A stretch of DNA of 63,389 nucleotides, filler included, from Choristocarpus tenellus KU-1152 (lineage: Eukaryota; Protista; Phaeophyceae): NCBI GenBank assembly GCA_964200185.2. It is 7 parts of 7 records of this genome, joined end to end, with 100 filler letters (N's around TTAATTAATTAA, not from the genome) between each part and the next. Parts side by side here need not be neighbours in the genome. Positions count along the whole stretch, not along the records: positions 46,672 to 51,006 come from CAXNAD020015057.1; positions 51,107 to 63,389 come from CAXNAD020001891.1; 5 more parts are not named here. One strand, given 5' to 3'. The translations under genes were made by a program, and so were the position numbers. Positions 48,826-62,900 of the stretch are shown piece after piece (the stretch's first letter is position 1; each line of letters starts with the position of its first letter). The notes under the pieces were generated by a model that ran no database searches, was not told where the DNA came from, and saw only the letters and a program-made list of their open reading frames with translations.

Positions 48826-49037
48826 GTGGGAAGAGGTTTTCTGTTAAGTTGAGCTACAGTATGTGCAGAGGTGTATGGATTGTGAGTCCTAACCTTAATC
48901 TTACCTTGTTTTAACTTTAACCTCTTTTTAGTATTGCTCTTGATGTTAATTATTAAGAGAGTTGTCATCTTTTGGCCGAGGGGCTGCCTGTGTAGATGTG
49001 ACGTGGGGATTCGGACGTGATGTGCGTTCAAGCAGGG

Positions 49038-49220
49038 GGATGCTTTCAATTAGTGTGGATGATTTCAATTGGTGTGGGTGCTTTCAATTGGGGTGGGTGC
49101 TTTCAATTGGTGTGGATGATTTCAATTGGTGTGGATGATTTCAATTGGTGTGGGTGATTTCAATTGGTGTGGGTGCTTTCAATTGGTGTGGGTGCTTTCA
49201 ATTGGTGTGGATGATTTCAA
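49038..49220. repeat. 19-bp minisatellite, ~9.5 units
   Basis: TTTCAATTGGTGTGGRTGM every 19 nt. Confidence 0.95.
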
Positions 49221-50190
49221 AATTTTACGTGAGAGCGACGTCTGACGTAGGTTGGATGTGTGAAACATGTGGGGCTCATGAGATTTCTGCCTGACATGAC
49301 AGGCCAAGGATGCAGCGCTAAATTATGTGTGGGGAAGGGGAGGGTGGTGGTAAGCGCATTATAGGTCAAGGGGAAGTCATTTGAGAGTTGGAGTTGTTGC
49401 AGGATGTTTCTGTGTATATGAAGGTGATGAGCTGGTGGCTACAGTACGGGATTAAGTCTGCAGTGCCACTGTGATGAGAAATGTACTTCTACTGACTACA
49501 GGATTATTCATCTCTTTGTAAGAACATAGTAATAACAAAGTGGTTGGATCTGCTCTAGGGCGATCTAGGGCACTCTAGGGCACTTGTGCAGACTTGAGGC
49601 CCTTGGAGAACGGTGAAGATCAAATCCCTGTGTACATGAAGCACATGAAGCTTCAATGTCGATTCAGTAGATTTATAGCGGTATTGATAGCTCTCTCTCT
49701 CAGTGATGGTGTTTCCCTCTCAGTGCTGTCTGTGCTGATACGCATGATGTGAGGAACATGTGTGAGTACCTCGAATCTGATGTCTATTGATATCACAGAA
49801 GTATTTCATTCTGAAGGTCTGGATGATGACAAAGATTATATTCGAGAGCGATGCCCCGATGTCGATTGGATGTTATAAGCAATGGGCTGCATGAGATTTC
49901 TGTCTGACAGTACCCTTTCTGTTGCGATAACTTTTTCTATTTTTTGTTGTTGTTGAGTGATTTAAATTATAGAATGCTCGCTCTGTATCAATCGATGCCA
50001 TGTACTGTGCTTATCTGGGTCCATGAAACCGTATATATTTGCTTAGTTTTTTTGATCTGTTGATTGGTTGGTTACCCATTCGGTTTGGCCAATTCAATCG
50101 TCCGATTTGACTGCTCTCAAGAAAGATGGTTATGTTATCATGCATTGGTGTATAATATGATCTAAACTCTGTTGTTGCATTTGTGCAGAT

Positions 50191-50352
50191 GATAATTTCA
50201 CTAGTAAGATAAGATAATTTCACTAGTATGATATGATAGTTTCACTAGTGTGATACGATAATTTCACTGGTATGATATGATAGTTTCACTAGTGTGATAT
50301 GATAATTTCACTGGTATGATATGATAGTTTCACTAGCAAGATATGATAATTT
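50191..50352. repeat. 22-bp minisatellite, ~7 units
   Basis: GATARTTTCACTRGTRTGATAT at 50191, 50213, 50235 ... 50345. Confidence 0.92.
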
Positions 50353-51006
50353 ACTGTGATGCGAAAGCAAACCCTTGAGAAGGTGTTAGAGCACATCCCA
50401 CAAGTCTCATCTTTTCTGTAAATGAATCAAAGTGGAGAGCTGTTTGTGTTACTCTCTGTTTTTTCATGGGAGATGCCCGTATGTATTTGACATGTTGCTG
50501 TAGCTTGTGTGACTTGCTTGGTAGGTTGGTGGTGTCCGTATCATGGTCATGTATGTTACACACATTTGAGGGTTTGTGCAGGTTTTTCTCACACCTGGAT
50601 GGAATGTCGGATTACAGTAACAGTTGTAACTGTCAACATAGCTGCAACAATCTTGATGGTAGCATCGTGAATTGTACAGCTCTAGCTCTATCCCCGAGAC
50701 TTTGCTTTATTGAAGAGATTATCCCATCTTCTTGAAGGTTGTGTGCGCCAGGGGATGAGGCATGGTCGTGACTTTTGTTGTCATGTTCTGTATGAGTATG
50801 ATACTGACTGACTGATTAATATGTATTGATGACAACAATGTAGTGTTTTACCATACAGACTAGTGAGATTTCTGGCTGACAGGCCACAAGCACACTACTG
50901 TTCTGTGTATTGCGGGTTGGGGGGGGGGGGGGGCAACAGGTTCACGTAGGGGGGGTTAGGGGTAGGGATTATGTGAGGGTTTGGGGGGGGTGGAATTTGT
51001 TGAGGG

Positions 51007-51106
51007 NNNNNNNNNNNNNNNNNNNNNNNNNNNNNNNNNNNNNNNNNNNNTTAATTAATTAANNNNNNNNNNNNNNNNNNNNNNNNNNNNNNNNNNNNNN
51101 NNNNNN
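51007..51106. other. Artificial contig linker
   Basis: N44-TTAATTAATTAA-N44. Confidence 0.98.
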
Positions 51107-51392
51107 AAATTGGAAAACCTTCCTTTGCATCGGTCATAGCTTAGATCCAGAGCTTTCATTTGATATGCTCATCGTTGATTAAATCGTTCGGCAACCCTTT
51201 AAAAATAATCAAGACTGGCGACTGACATCACGAATATGCAATTATTTTTTTAATCCGATGTCTTACATCAGTAGTTATGACGGGACAACCCCTCTATCAT
51301 TGTCCCGTAAATCATCCCGTATCAATTTTGGTTGACATATCTGCATCGATGGTTTTCTACTCTCGACCTCTTCACACATGTTTTAAATATAG

Positions 51393-54300
51393 GGTATTGT
51401 TGAGTGGTGGTCAAGTGACAAAAGGAACCCTGGACCACCGGGAGGAAGAACGAGAACAGGGTATGGTATGATAGATGAAAGAAAAAATCAAGTCTCTGCT
51501 GATACTTCCTTAATGAAACGAAAGGTCAACCTTTGATTTTGGTATAGGATACTGCTGCCTCTCACCGTTCACCCGTGTTGCTTGCACCAGGCAGCTCCCA
51601 CCTCTGGTCCGATGCGAGACGTTCATGATAGTGGAGTTAATGTCGATTATGACCATCTCATGAGACGGTTGAGAGCCGCTGAGACCCGAGAACGCGAGCT
51701 TCATCAACATCTCTTCTTCCACTTGCAAGGTGACACAATTGTAGAAGTCCCACCCTGGAGTGATGGTGGTCGATGATCGTCATTCCTGTTAATATCAACC
51801 CTCTACATAGAAGCTATAGATCGGTTAGTAGTAGTAGTCCACCTTGCTGACAGACTGCATAAAAGGTTCCCTCTTTTTTGTCCGTCATGGTTCCAGAGAA
51901 AGACACACTGGTCCAGCAACTATCGTCGATCAAGGGGCGATGTCAGCACCTTCAGGTGAATGCAATGAAGAACCCCCGCCATCTTGCATCGAGCTTGTGA
52001 AAAATGGTGTGCGGATGCTGTGAGTAGGAGATTATCTTGCATTGCTGGATGTCGGCTTTGGGAGTTTTGAGATGTGTAAATAGGGAAGAGGAGAAATTTC
52101 TGGGTCGAGATTTGATCTGTGTGCTCGATTTTGGTGGTTCAAGAACATGAAAGATATAGCAAAACACTTGAATGTGGGATAACTCCCTAAATGCCAATTG
52201 GCGAGTTGGGAGGAGAGAGTATGACGATGTCAAATTTCTGATCGATTCGCAGCATTGCCCAAGTATTCTTCAACAGCCCCTCCTAATTTTTCCAACCCTG
52301 GTATCTCGCCAAACAGGCTCAAATCAACGGGGACACAGTGACTGCGAAAGAGCCCTCGAAACAGTCTAGTGGTAGCACCACTAGGGGGTCGCTGGGCTCC
52401 TCTTGGCAAGAGGTCGATCTCCCTGGTGCGTGTAGTGTCCGTCCATCTTGCTCCATGTCATCCGCAACGAATTTAGAGCAGTCCTTACCAATGGATAGCT
52501 TCATGGATAATGTAGCTCATGTTGAAAACATTCTAGATCATTCAAGTGATGTCACCACAAGGTCTAAACCAGTACCTGCAGCAAAAAGAGAGCTATTTCT
52601 TGAGGAGAGTGGGATGGGGGTTGGGGCATTGCCTGAGGGGTCTGTGGACGTGGAGCATAAGGAAACGTCTCCAGTCCGGAGGATGCCTGAGATTGAGATC
52701 CCGTTGCTGCTAGAGGAACGAGGAGGGCACATCTTAATCTCAACCTTCTGGGAAGCATATTGTGGTCGCTTTGGTAAATCTCCATTCTCCTCGAGAGAGC
52801 TCTTTGGTGAGATACAAGGAGAGCATGAAATGAGTGGTGCTTAGATGAACTATGCCATTTTTTGCTATGCCTCCAGGTGATGAGTCTTTGGGCAATTTAG
52901 CTATGCGAGACCATCTGTCTGTAGTACAGTCCCTCCAGCAGTATAGTTCAGCTCTGCCCTTGCTATTGAGGTGGCACAACTCGGCATAGCCTCCTTAGTA
53001 TGCTACCTGTCCCACAAATGTCTCTCATTCACAAATGCACCTGTACCTCATCACTCCACACCATTTGACACTGAGGTACTTCTCCTATCCCTCAATAATT
53101 TCTGCAGGGATGATCAAGGCTGGTGATATCCCACGAGTTGTCCATGAACCCCCTGCAAGCATATGTCTTTCTGAACCTTACCCCCCCCCAAGAGCTCTTG
53201 TGACTAACCTGGAGAGTTCAGGAGATCTAGGTACCTCCACTCCTGTAACTGCTGGAGATGTGGAAAGCACTCTGCCATCCTGTCCACTGCCGACCCCAAC
53301 ACCTGACACTGATCCTTCATCATCTGATGATTCGACCACGATATCTTTCATGTCAACATCTGTTGGAGAGGAGAGGGTGGGAATCTCATCGGGCATGACT
53401 CAACAAGTGGACTGGGAGGAAGTGACGAAGAATATGTTGGATGTCCTGGAAGACGGCCCCCTGTCAAGTGAAGAGCTTCTTGACAAATACTCCGGGCAAT
53501 CTCACAAGGTAAATGAGATGCTATGGAAGGGTTATGTGTGGTGTATGTGTTAAGAGAGATTTGGAGGGCAGGGGCAGAGTATGTGAAGGAGCGGGGGTCT
53601 TAAGGTGGTAGTATTTTGTGGAGGCATAAATTTATTGTGTTTCCTTCATTAGATCTGTTACTGACAAAGCTGTTTTCTAGAATATGTCCGTATCACCGAA
53701 TGTAGTTCGGGATGGCTGATTTCTGATATTGTGATTGAGATTTTTTTTCTTTTGCGGTGTAACCATGTTGTGGCTGGTGAAGCTTGCGACAAATCCCCTC
53801 TCTAGAAAACTATTTGCACTTAGAGTATCAGCTTAATTGCTACCAACAAAGTCTGTGAGATACTTAAAATGTGACTGTCTGGCAGGGGAGGCACTATCTC
53901 TAGCTCCCTCACAATTGCACCCCATACCTGTCCAGTTGGAGTAGTTCGTCATCAATTGCAGGCATGGCCTATTTATTCTCAGCCCTACTGTTGCCCCCCA
54001 TGCCCTCCTGGTTCAATACCAAAATCGTTTGGACCATGTTGAGTGATGAAGCTTTAAAACCTTCTCAACTAAATATCCATCCCACATACCTGTGGTGTCC
54101 TGCTCCATCCTCCATCCCCTTACTCCCTACTGCACGGACTACCCAATATTCTCCTGTTCTCAAAAGCTTCCAAATCTACGGGGTCATTCCTTGAAAACGG
54201 CTGTAGTGAAGGGCATGCTCAAGGGTATATGTTTCGACAGATTTCTGTTGAAGTATAACCTTACGACCAGAGTGCTACACCAGAGGCAGGCATCCTCCAA

Positions 54301-56823
54301 GCAATCAGGCACAATGTCCTGCAAGTCAGAAAGGTGTGGGGTAGGGGAGGGAAGGGTAATCAAGCAATAGGCTCGGAATATTGTGGTCATTGCAACCTCT
54401 ATAGCTAAGAGTAACCGCTGTGTTGATACATGTCCATGCCTTTAGGAAAAGTCCCAGGGCACTCTATGGACTCTGTTGTTTTCTCCTGGAGATTTGTAGT
54501 AACTTTCTGGTTGGGTGGGGTTTTTGTGGTGTATTGCTGGGATGGGTGTCATCTACAAGCCAATACATATCGATTATGTTGGGGTTGGGGTTTGAATCAT
54601 AACTATATATAGTGTTATGTTGTGATTGTAGGGATTGGTTCTAGGAGCCATGAGAATGCCTGAATTTTCGGTGGCTAGTCTTCTTTGGTGCCTGTGGTAA
54701 AATTCAAGGAATCTAGGTAAAGCCAGAAGGAGTTGGTCTTCCATCTCCTCAATGAAATTTTTAGAAGTGTCGCTGATCCTTTATGTGGAGGGTATGGAAG
54801 GGTTGCAAAACAGCTGCTGTCTGTTGGAGACCTTTGAGATATCTGTGCGCCTTGCCTGGGTAGGCACTTCTGTGTGTGTGTGTACTGGCAACCATGATAT
54901 GATTGATTGAAATTCTCTGCACAACAATCTGCACTGACTCTGTAAGAGTGAATTGGATAGTCTATCTTTATTGTGCTATCTCAATAGGCGTAACCACTTT
55001 TGTGAAATTGAAGTCTATTTTCTGACCCTAGGACATGGCATGGATATCCCTCTTACCGAGACATACCCTACCACCCATCAGTCTGCGCTACAGATTCCCA
55101 TGAATACTTAAAAGTAACTAAACCCAGTGTGTATCTGCATCCTTACTCATACTATCCATAAACTCAACTTCTTCCCATTTTGCCTTTTTCTATTTTTCCG
55201 CCTGATGGTCCTTGTTTTTTTTTTTTTTTAATTTCACCAGGTCAAGTGAGAGCAAGGGATTAACCGACCAACCTCCTTCCACAAGTACGTTGGTGTCGGA
55301 TGGTAAGAAGCAATTGGTGGACTGGGAAAAGTTGAACGAGGAATTGATGACTATTCTTGCAGATGGACCAATGCTAGCAAACGAACTGCACCAAGAATAT
55401 GTCAAGAAGCACAAGAAGGTGAGCAAGGACTTGGGAAGTGCTAATGTCAAACTTGGTGGAAGATAATTAGAAGGTTTTTTATACCTACCTTCCTCTGCGC
55501 ATATCCTCTGGAGGGAATGTAAAACCCCCTGGTTGAGTCTTGAGTTTCTGATGAATCACTCAGGTACTGATGGGGGGGTAGAGGGCTGAACAGAGTTTTG
55601 AAAGTATTCTGCTGCATGGCAGTAGTGTCTTGATGTGGTACACCTTCCTCCTTGGTTGCAGACATAGAGTTGGATGTGATGCATCAATGAATCCAAATCT
55701 ATTATATCTCCGATCTAAGAATTGAATTTCTTACTGCGTGTTAGACCCTTTATTGGCACATATTTGGGGTTGTGTATTTGGAACTCATTTTCTCGGAGTT
55801 TGCTCTGTTTTGTGTATTGGGCTTGGCCTGTCAAGATCATAACACTTGGATTGTGACAAAATGTATTGAATTCAATAGGTTTTATTCCTGAGTTTGTCTT
55901 TCAGCCAACAGATTGAAAAATGGTACTCTGAAGGGGTTCTTTCTTTCGAATTTGTGTAAGTTGTAAAATTATGTGGTTTTCATTGGATCTGGAATCTTTT
56001 GCTGTATCCTACTGCTAATTACCCTGAGTATGTTTTGAGAGATCTGAAAAATACTTAATGAAATTGCTGTTGAAAGTTTGCCATACATCTAGACATCACT
56101 ATTGTAATGTGTGCCTACTTTGAGCAGGTGCACTCTTGGCACTTTGAAGTTCCCATAAAGTTGTACTATGCTAACTATTACTCTTGCAGCCCCCTTCATA
56201 GTGACAGTCAATTGATTCAACTGCAGACAAAAGGGATTGATAAATAGGGGGTGAGCTACAATGCCTCTCATTTCGAGGTGTTGTATGAGCCTGATAATGA
56301 AACTTTGAAAGGAGTCAACAGGCAACCTGCAGTCAGACTGCGCAGGCCTCCCAGTCAGTAATTTTCATTGTCCATTCTATTGTGTGTTTGAGAGGTTGTG
56401 GTGTATATGGAATAGAGGAATAGAAATCCACTTTGCATTGGAATATGGAGAACCAGAGGAGTAGGATATTCAGTGTCAAATCCTCGGAAATACACTAGGT
56501 AGGTGTAGATCAACCCATGGAAAGCATTCTTCTCCTTCAATCTCATTTAGGTTGTCGAAAGAATATTAATTTGGGTGTCATCATCCAACCCAATGAAGTT
56601 TCATTTCCCCTGCAGATCCCTTCTAGTTCATTTGCTATCCTGCCCAAGTTACCATTCTCATCGTTACGTTTTGAGTTCCATAACCATTCTGCAAGAAATT
56701 GTGATGTGTCTCATCCCTCAGCCGCCCTACATGGATAAGCGGTCATACAGAGAAGCAGTCAGGATGGGTCTCCTCCCAGGTATAGCTCAAGACCGTTCAA
56801 CTAGAGGGCTAAAACTGGCATAG
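51393..56823 (+). CDS. Coiled-coil protein with three LOTUS/OST-HTH-like winged-helix repeats, 5'-partial
   Basis: Phase-consistent exons 51393-51465 (tentative), 51591-51729, 51897-51955, 52317-52806, 53108-53508, 54167-54333, 55241-55418, 56722-56823 (stop). Repeats: IPLLLEERGGHILISTFWEAYCGRFGKSP...LFGMIKAGDIPRV; VDWEEVTKNMLDVLEDGPLSSEELLDKY...AVVKGMLKGI; VDWEKLNEELMTILADGPMLANELHQEY...AVRMGLLPGI. Confidence 0.72.
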
Positions 56824-59800
56824 CAGAGGTGATGCCAGCTGCTGCTTGTCTTGCTTGGGGGATCGGCAGACAGGCATTGGATGTTCTCAAGGAGTTGCAA
56901 CTTTGGGTCAACGACATGGGATTGTATGGAGTTGAGAAGGGTGATTGGGATAGAAGGTGCCCCGTAGATCTGCTCCCTGCAATACTAACCAAGGCACAAT
57001 TTACGACCAAGGGTTTTTTAATTTGGTATTGCTGTGAAAGTGTTTTTTTGCTGTCACAGTAATGACTTACACGTGGCTTTTTTAGGGGCGAGTCACTCAC
57101 TAGATGTTGAAATTGTCAACTTCTACAGACCAGGAAGTCCAAGGTTAGCTGAGCAGTATGATGGTATGAAAATTACTGCTCAAGGTACATGTACCTCCTT
57201 ATATAGTCAATAGTTTCTTGCAGTAACATGGAGTATTGCAGACAAGACTAATATTAACCATTTTTGTGTGGTGTGTGGTGTGTGGTAGGTTTTGAATTTG
57301 ATACGATGACATTTAAGGGGCAAGGATTTGGTTTGTTTGTTGCTCAGATTGTTGCTGCTATGGATGGGTGCAGGGAAGTAACCAACGCAAGAAAATGAGG
57401 TTCGTGTTATGTATTCCAGGGCAGGTAGATTGAGGAAACTTTGGTGGTCATTCTGTGGAAATGCACTAAGAGAGAGGAGTATACTCTACTTTTCTCTTGG
57501 AGTAATGAATGTCTTTTTTCTGTGTGTGGTTGGCTTCAACTTCTTGGAGTGGTGTTGGGGTTTGGGTTAGGGTTAGGGTACCTTGTCATTTTGTTTTGTA
57601 TGATGAATTGGAGCATGACGTTGAAAAAGATAGCGGTTACATAGGTATGTGTGCAGTGCAATTTGGAAGAGTTACTATGAGTTGTGTGCATGATATATTT
57701 TTTTATAGTCTTGCTTGTTACTTTCGTTGGCAGAAATTTTGATGTGTGTGAGAGTACTTAGTTGCAGGACATGGATGTACTCTGGGATGAGGCTCTTTTG
57801 TTGTACAGAGAGATGTGAAGGAGTTTTAACCAATCTAAATCTGGCACCCATACTTTCATGTAGTCCCTTAGATTCCGAGTCATTGGTAGGCTGGCTCACT
57901 GTTGACCTTGTGACCCAATTACATCAAGTATTATGTTGATGCAGGAGTTGTTTTGATATTGTTTTTTTGTGGCAGAATGTTTTGTGGGAATATTATCTGT
58001 AGTTTGAGAGGAGATAGGTGCAACCAGTTAAGGTTCAGGTAGGTAGTGATCGCAAGGTATCCTTTGTCTTAACACACAATGAAAATGGATCATTTAACAT
58101 CAGAATGACATGCTTTAAAGAATACCTGTTGCCTGTTGTGCATGCTCAAGTCTGCCTTACCGAACAAGGCAAAGGTAAAAGAGGTCTTCAAATACTAAAC
58201 CTTCCAACAAAAAAGTGGTTGTTTCAAGCACAGGAAGAATACCCAATATCCCAGGATCTAGTGAAGTATTGACGGGTGACAGGGCGGTCAGTGGTCCTTC
58301 CTGGTTTCAGGATATATAATGGAGAATGGTGGCAATTATTGTGTGCTTGAGACTGTGCTATATGTTATCTTATCATCAGTCTTGGGTTGCGTAGCAATCG
58401 ATCAACAGCCAGGGCACGGTAGCTTAGTGGAAACAGGTATTTAGATGGCATACAATCATGCCCCCCACAGATTGTTTATCACTACTACTTCTAAGGATAA
58501 TTTATTCTCCAAAAATGCACACACACATACATTTTCATTTTATTAGTTGATTGGGTCGTACCATATCCTGTGCATGGAATAATTGTTGTGTTCAGGATAT
58601 AGCTCTTACTCTTAATATAGTGCACATTATCTTATGCTATTAATTGGAAATATTATCGGTTTCTTCAAGTTGGTGCATGTACCTCCTTCGTCTAAACACT
58701 CTTCTGGGGTTAGAAGGGATGAAGAAAAAATCATGGATATGCTGCACGAATATTACCGCCCTCTTCTCACAAGCTTTCTGGTGTTGTGCAGACTGACTGA
58801 TCAAGGTATTACCACTCACTACCACCACCACCACCACAACTATGATTTGAATAGACCCAGGCTAACCCAGTCATTGACAGACAGAAGAAGTGACATTCAG
58901 CAAATCTCATTCTGTAGATGACTCCAAGATGGTTGCGATTAACAAGCACGAGCAATTCTCTGAGGTTGGGTAAAAGGGTCTGCAAGCAAATGGGCCATCA
59001 AGCAATCTTGGAACTAGTGTGTGTTGCCCACTACTTGTAATTGGGCAACACACCCAAATAGCATGAACTATAAAGAACGAAAACAGGACAGGAGGACGAC
59101 TGCTACCACATCAGGCACAGACTATAGGTATACTTCACTTCGATTGGCAATTTTATAGCAGGAATGCCCTGGATAATGCTTTGGTACTCATGTTTGGTAC
59201 AGAAATATAAGTATTTGTACTTCGTAACTAAGTTTTTAAGCAGTTTGTCCAATATATGACATTTTGTCCTCCTTCTGTCCCCTGCCTTCTTTTGCTGTGT
59301 AACATATGTACTGCTGCTACTGCTGCTACTACTGCTACTACTGCAGTCACCTTCGTTTTTAAAATTCTCATTTCCTTGAAAGAAAGGGCTGCACTCCTCT
59401 CGGTCTGCTCTTATTCATGTCCTACTCGCCTTCACATGACAGTTGAAAAAAACAGCCAAGGATCAGAAGGTGAAAAGGCGCTTCACTATGTTGATTATCA
59501 AAGGTGCTTAGATTATTGACTGAAAAATACATGGCGCAATCCCAATCAACTCTATAGAAAAGAAACTCGCCATTCTTCTTCTGTAGCACTCATTGTGGTT
59601 TCATACCTCTACAGAGTGCTCTGTAGCGTAGGGAACACCTCTACATTATTGAACATCGGATGGGGAGAGGGAGGTGAGGGGTTTCACGTCCAGATTCCCA
59701 GTGTGTGGGGTACCTTTATGTAACTAAATATTTTTATGGATATAGATCAAAGAGGAAGATTGACCAACAACTCAGTGTCCCCACGCACTTAAGAGGCGCG

Positions 59801-59979
59801 AAACAGTCTTTTCACAACATATATTATGATAGTATAAGTTCAATAAAAAAGTCAACCAGATAAGGGTATAATAATCCCTTTCTGTGTTGAGAAAACTCAT
59901 TTTGTGTTCATCGTCTTGACACGTTTGCTTTTGTCTAAGTATCGTAGAGAAGAAGAAAGAACCCTCAGAGTCTCTCAAC

Positions 59980-62900
59980 ATGTTGCTGAAATGTATCGTG
60001 CTTCTCAGCTGTACAGTGACTTTGAGACCTGTTGGTGCGTCAAATCTCTGCCACAAGCAACATTTATCTATTACTTGGTCACACACAACACGGATGAGAA
60101 CGGTCAAGGGGTCCATAACTGAGCCAAGGTTGATAGTTCAGTCCTCAGTGCCAATACCACGGCTAGAGGCTTTGAAGTCGGGCTTTTGGAGGTCCTGCTT
60201 GGCGTGGGGGGGATTTGTTACCGCTTCAAGAGCCCTAGAGCCCGATGAGTCATCAGCAGGATCGACTGTTGAAGGTAGTCAGCCGGTCTAGGAGATATAC
60301 CTCTGTTGCAATATACGTATACTGAAGAGTTAGATAATGGGGCGAGAATTCACATAAATATCTTTGCCCTTACTTCCGATAAATCACGTACACCGAAGCT
60401 GTTTTCTTGCCCGATGTCCTGTTGTCACTGCAATGATAGGAATTGCCAAGGCGGCCTCGAAGATCCCAGGATACGGTCCCCCGGACCTGTATTACCCTGA
60501 ATGGTTCGCAGGGAGCTGGATGGCACATCATAAGGTGGTGTCCGTATCGACACCTCTCGGCGAGGACAAGGCACGTGAGTAACATCGCGTGATGACATTC
60601 ACTCTTTTTAAATTGACGTATCAAAACAAGAGGCGTTAAGAATCAGGGTGTGATGGCATGGAGCTTTATTAATAGAATCATTGGTACTTCCTTCATTTTT
60701 ATGGCTTCGGGAAGATCACCATGCTGGTAGAATGTTCCACTTAAGTGAATGAGATCGTACCTTGTATTGGATGTGGAGAGGTTCACCAATTGCCGTGTGC
60801 ACCATCCTTCTGACAGTATCCTTAGATAGCATTTATTGCTGAAATTCACGTGCAACTAAGGGCTGAAGTGGAGCTGAAATACAAGTAGAGAGCAGATCGG
60901 TAAAGGCTCTGCAGATGTGCAGGTTTTTCCTGCTGCATCAGAGATGAGTGTTCTATTAGTAGTTCCTCCCTAGCAATATGAGAACACTGAACATACGCAA
61001 TCGTCATTGTTGGAGACTTGGTTGTTGACAATGGACGCCACTCCATTGTATCATTAAGCAATAGTTAATTCAGCCGTAGAAATCATGCATACATATAAGA
61101 ATCAATTTTCCTGTCACATTCAGCGCTATGCACATTGATTTATTTAAAATGCTTGATGTGATAACTTTTTTTTTTGTCTCTCTCATGTTCCTCTGGATCT
61201 GACAGGTGGATGAACCTTTACTCCTGCGTGAGGTGGTGGCCACTGTTGGCAAGGAGGTGGACTATAAGGTAAAGTTATATCACTCCATGTGATACTCCCA
61301 ACTCGTCTCAATGCATCTCCATGGTTTGTAGCCATGTTACTTGTCTATTTGCTGCTCTGATGCTGGGCAATGGATGCAAAAGAAGCAGCTGACCACCTGC
61401 TAGCTGAAAAGTGGGAGTGGACGATGTGTTAGGTGGTAGAAACCCATAAGTCTGAGGGAAAACTGCTAAGAGTTGACCATTTGAGGAAGTAATCTTTTGG
61501 GTGGAATATTCTAACAGTTGCATGTAACTGAACCAATCCCTCTTGATATCTCTGCCTCATGTGATACTTTCAGAACTACTGAGCCTTGCTGTGTTCACCT
61601 AAACTCTTGAACTGCGAGATATATTATGTATGTACTACACGTAGTACAGACTAGCAACTAATGTGTTATTTTTGATGTGTTGCACAATCATCTCACAGTT
61701 TCTTCTATCCTACCACTCATAACCCCTCACCTGTCTCCGTGTCCCTGTCCCCCTGCCGCCCCCCGTTGCTCCTTGCCGTCTGCACTTAGGCTCTGTTTGT
61801 TAGGAGGGGCGTTAACAATAAGCTTGTGGTGGCCGACCGAGGCTTCAACGAAAAGGGTTTCAGAAATGTCAGGTGCCAGTGTCAGCACTTGACTATCTCA
61901 GTTGTACTGCTTGATGCAACAGAACTATTTTATTGACTGATTAGTTAGAGACGTAAACTGAATATATGGCTTCTCTGTCCAAGCACTTTTGCTTTTTGTT
62001 GTCACTACCCTGACCCTGATTTTAAATTAAAAAAAATCAATAAAAGTGTTTAAGATGAGGTGAGAGACAAAGAAAATAGTTACTCTAGAGGCGTTTTTGA
62101 TCGGCAGGAATTTATTTTCATTGCGTACACATCATGAGCCAGTTCGTCACATGAGCAGTACTTCGGCACGTTGTGTTGTGTCTTTGCATTTCAGCTGCCC
62201 CTGACTTAGATGCCGATTTCTTGGCAACGCCCCCTCCCAATCTAAGTCATCTGCAGTCTATCCTCGCTCTTACTAGTGTTTGCTGCGTGGCTGTACTCAT
62301 TAATCATGTACACCTCTTACAGCCAGTCTTAACCTCCGTGCCCTTGTGCGTTGGCCCTGAATGTTGATTGGAACTTGACCGCTCGACTCTTCGCCCGTGC
62401 CTCACTCAACGATGTTGTTGCTGTTGTCCAAGGCTGTAAACGATTGGTCGTGTCTCATGGAAATGATGAAGGGCATGTTGCAGTTTAGTGGGTGTGCTTT
62501 CATGAGTTGCTTGTGATTGCTCTGGGATACTGGGAGAGTAGAGATAGGGGTGAGTTATCATCAGATGCATTAAGTGCACAGCTGGTTGCACTCTGTAAAA
62601 GACTAAGGTGTGTACAGCTCAGGTGGTGCCTGCAGGTAGACAATCCACTAAATCCTTGAGTGTAAACCTCGCTTAAGTAGAAACAGATCGGTCGGAAAGT
62701 ATCCTGCTGGTGATCTCTATTAAGTAAGACCTCACGCGTCCATGCCCTGCGTTAGTCTCTGCACTTCTCCCTTCCTTGATCTTACTGCAAACATATTTTG
62801 CAATGTCTACAGCTCTTTACTCTGGAGTACTTGTTCAAATTTTTTTTTCACACATTTGTACCCGGGATGGGAGGGACATGTGCACGGCCATTACAAAGCT

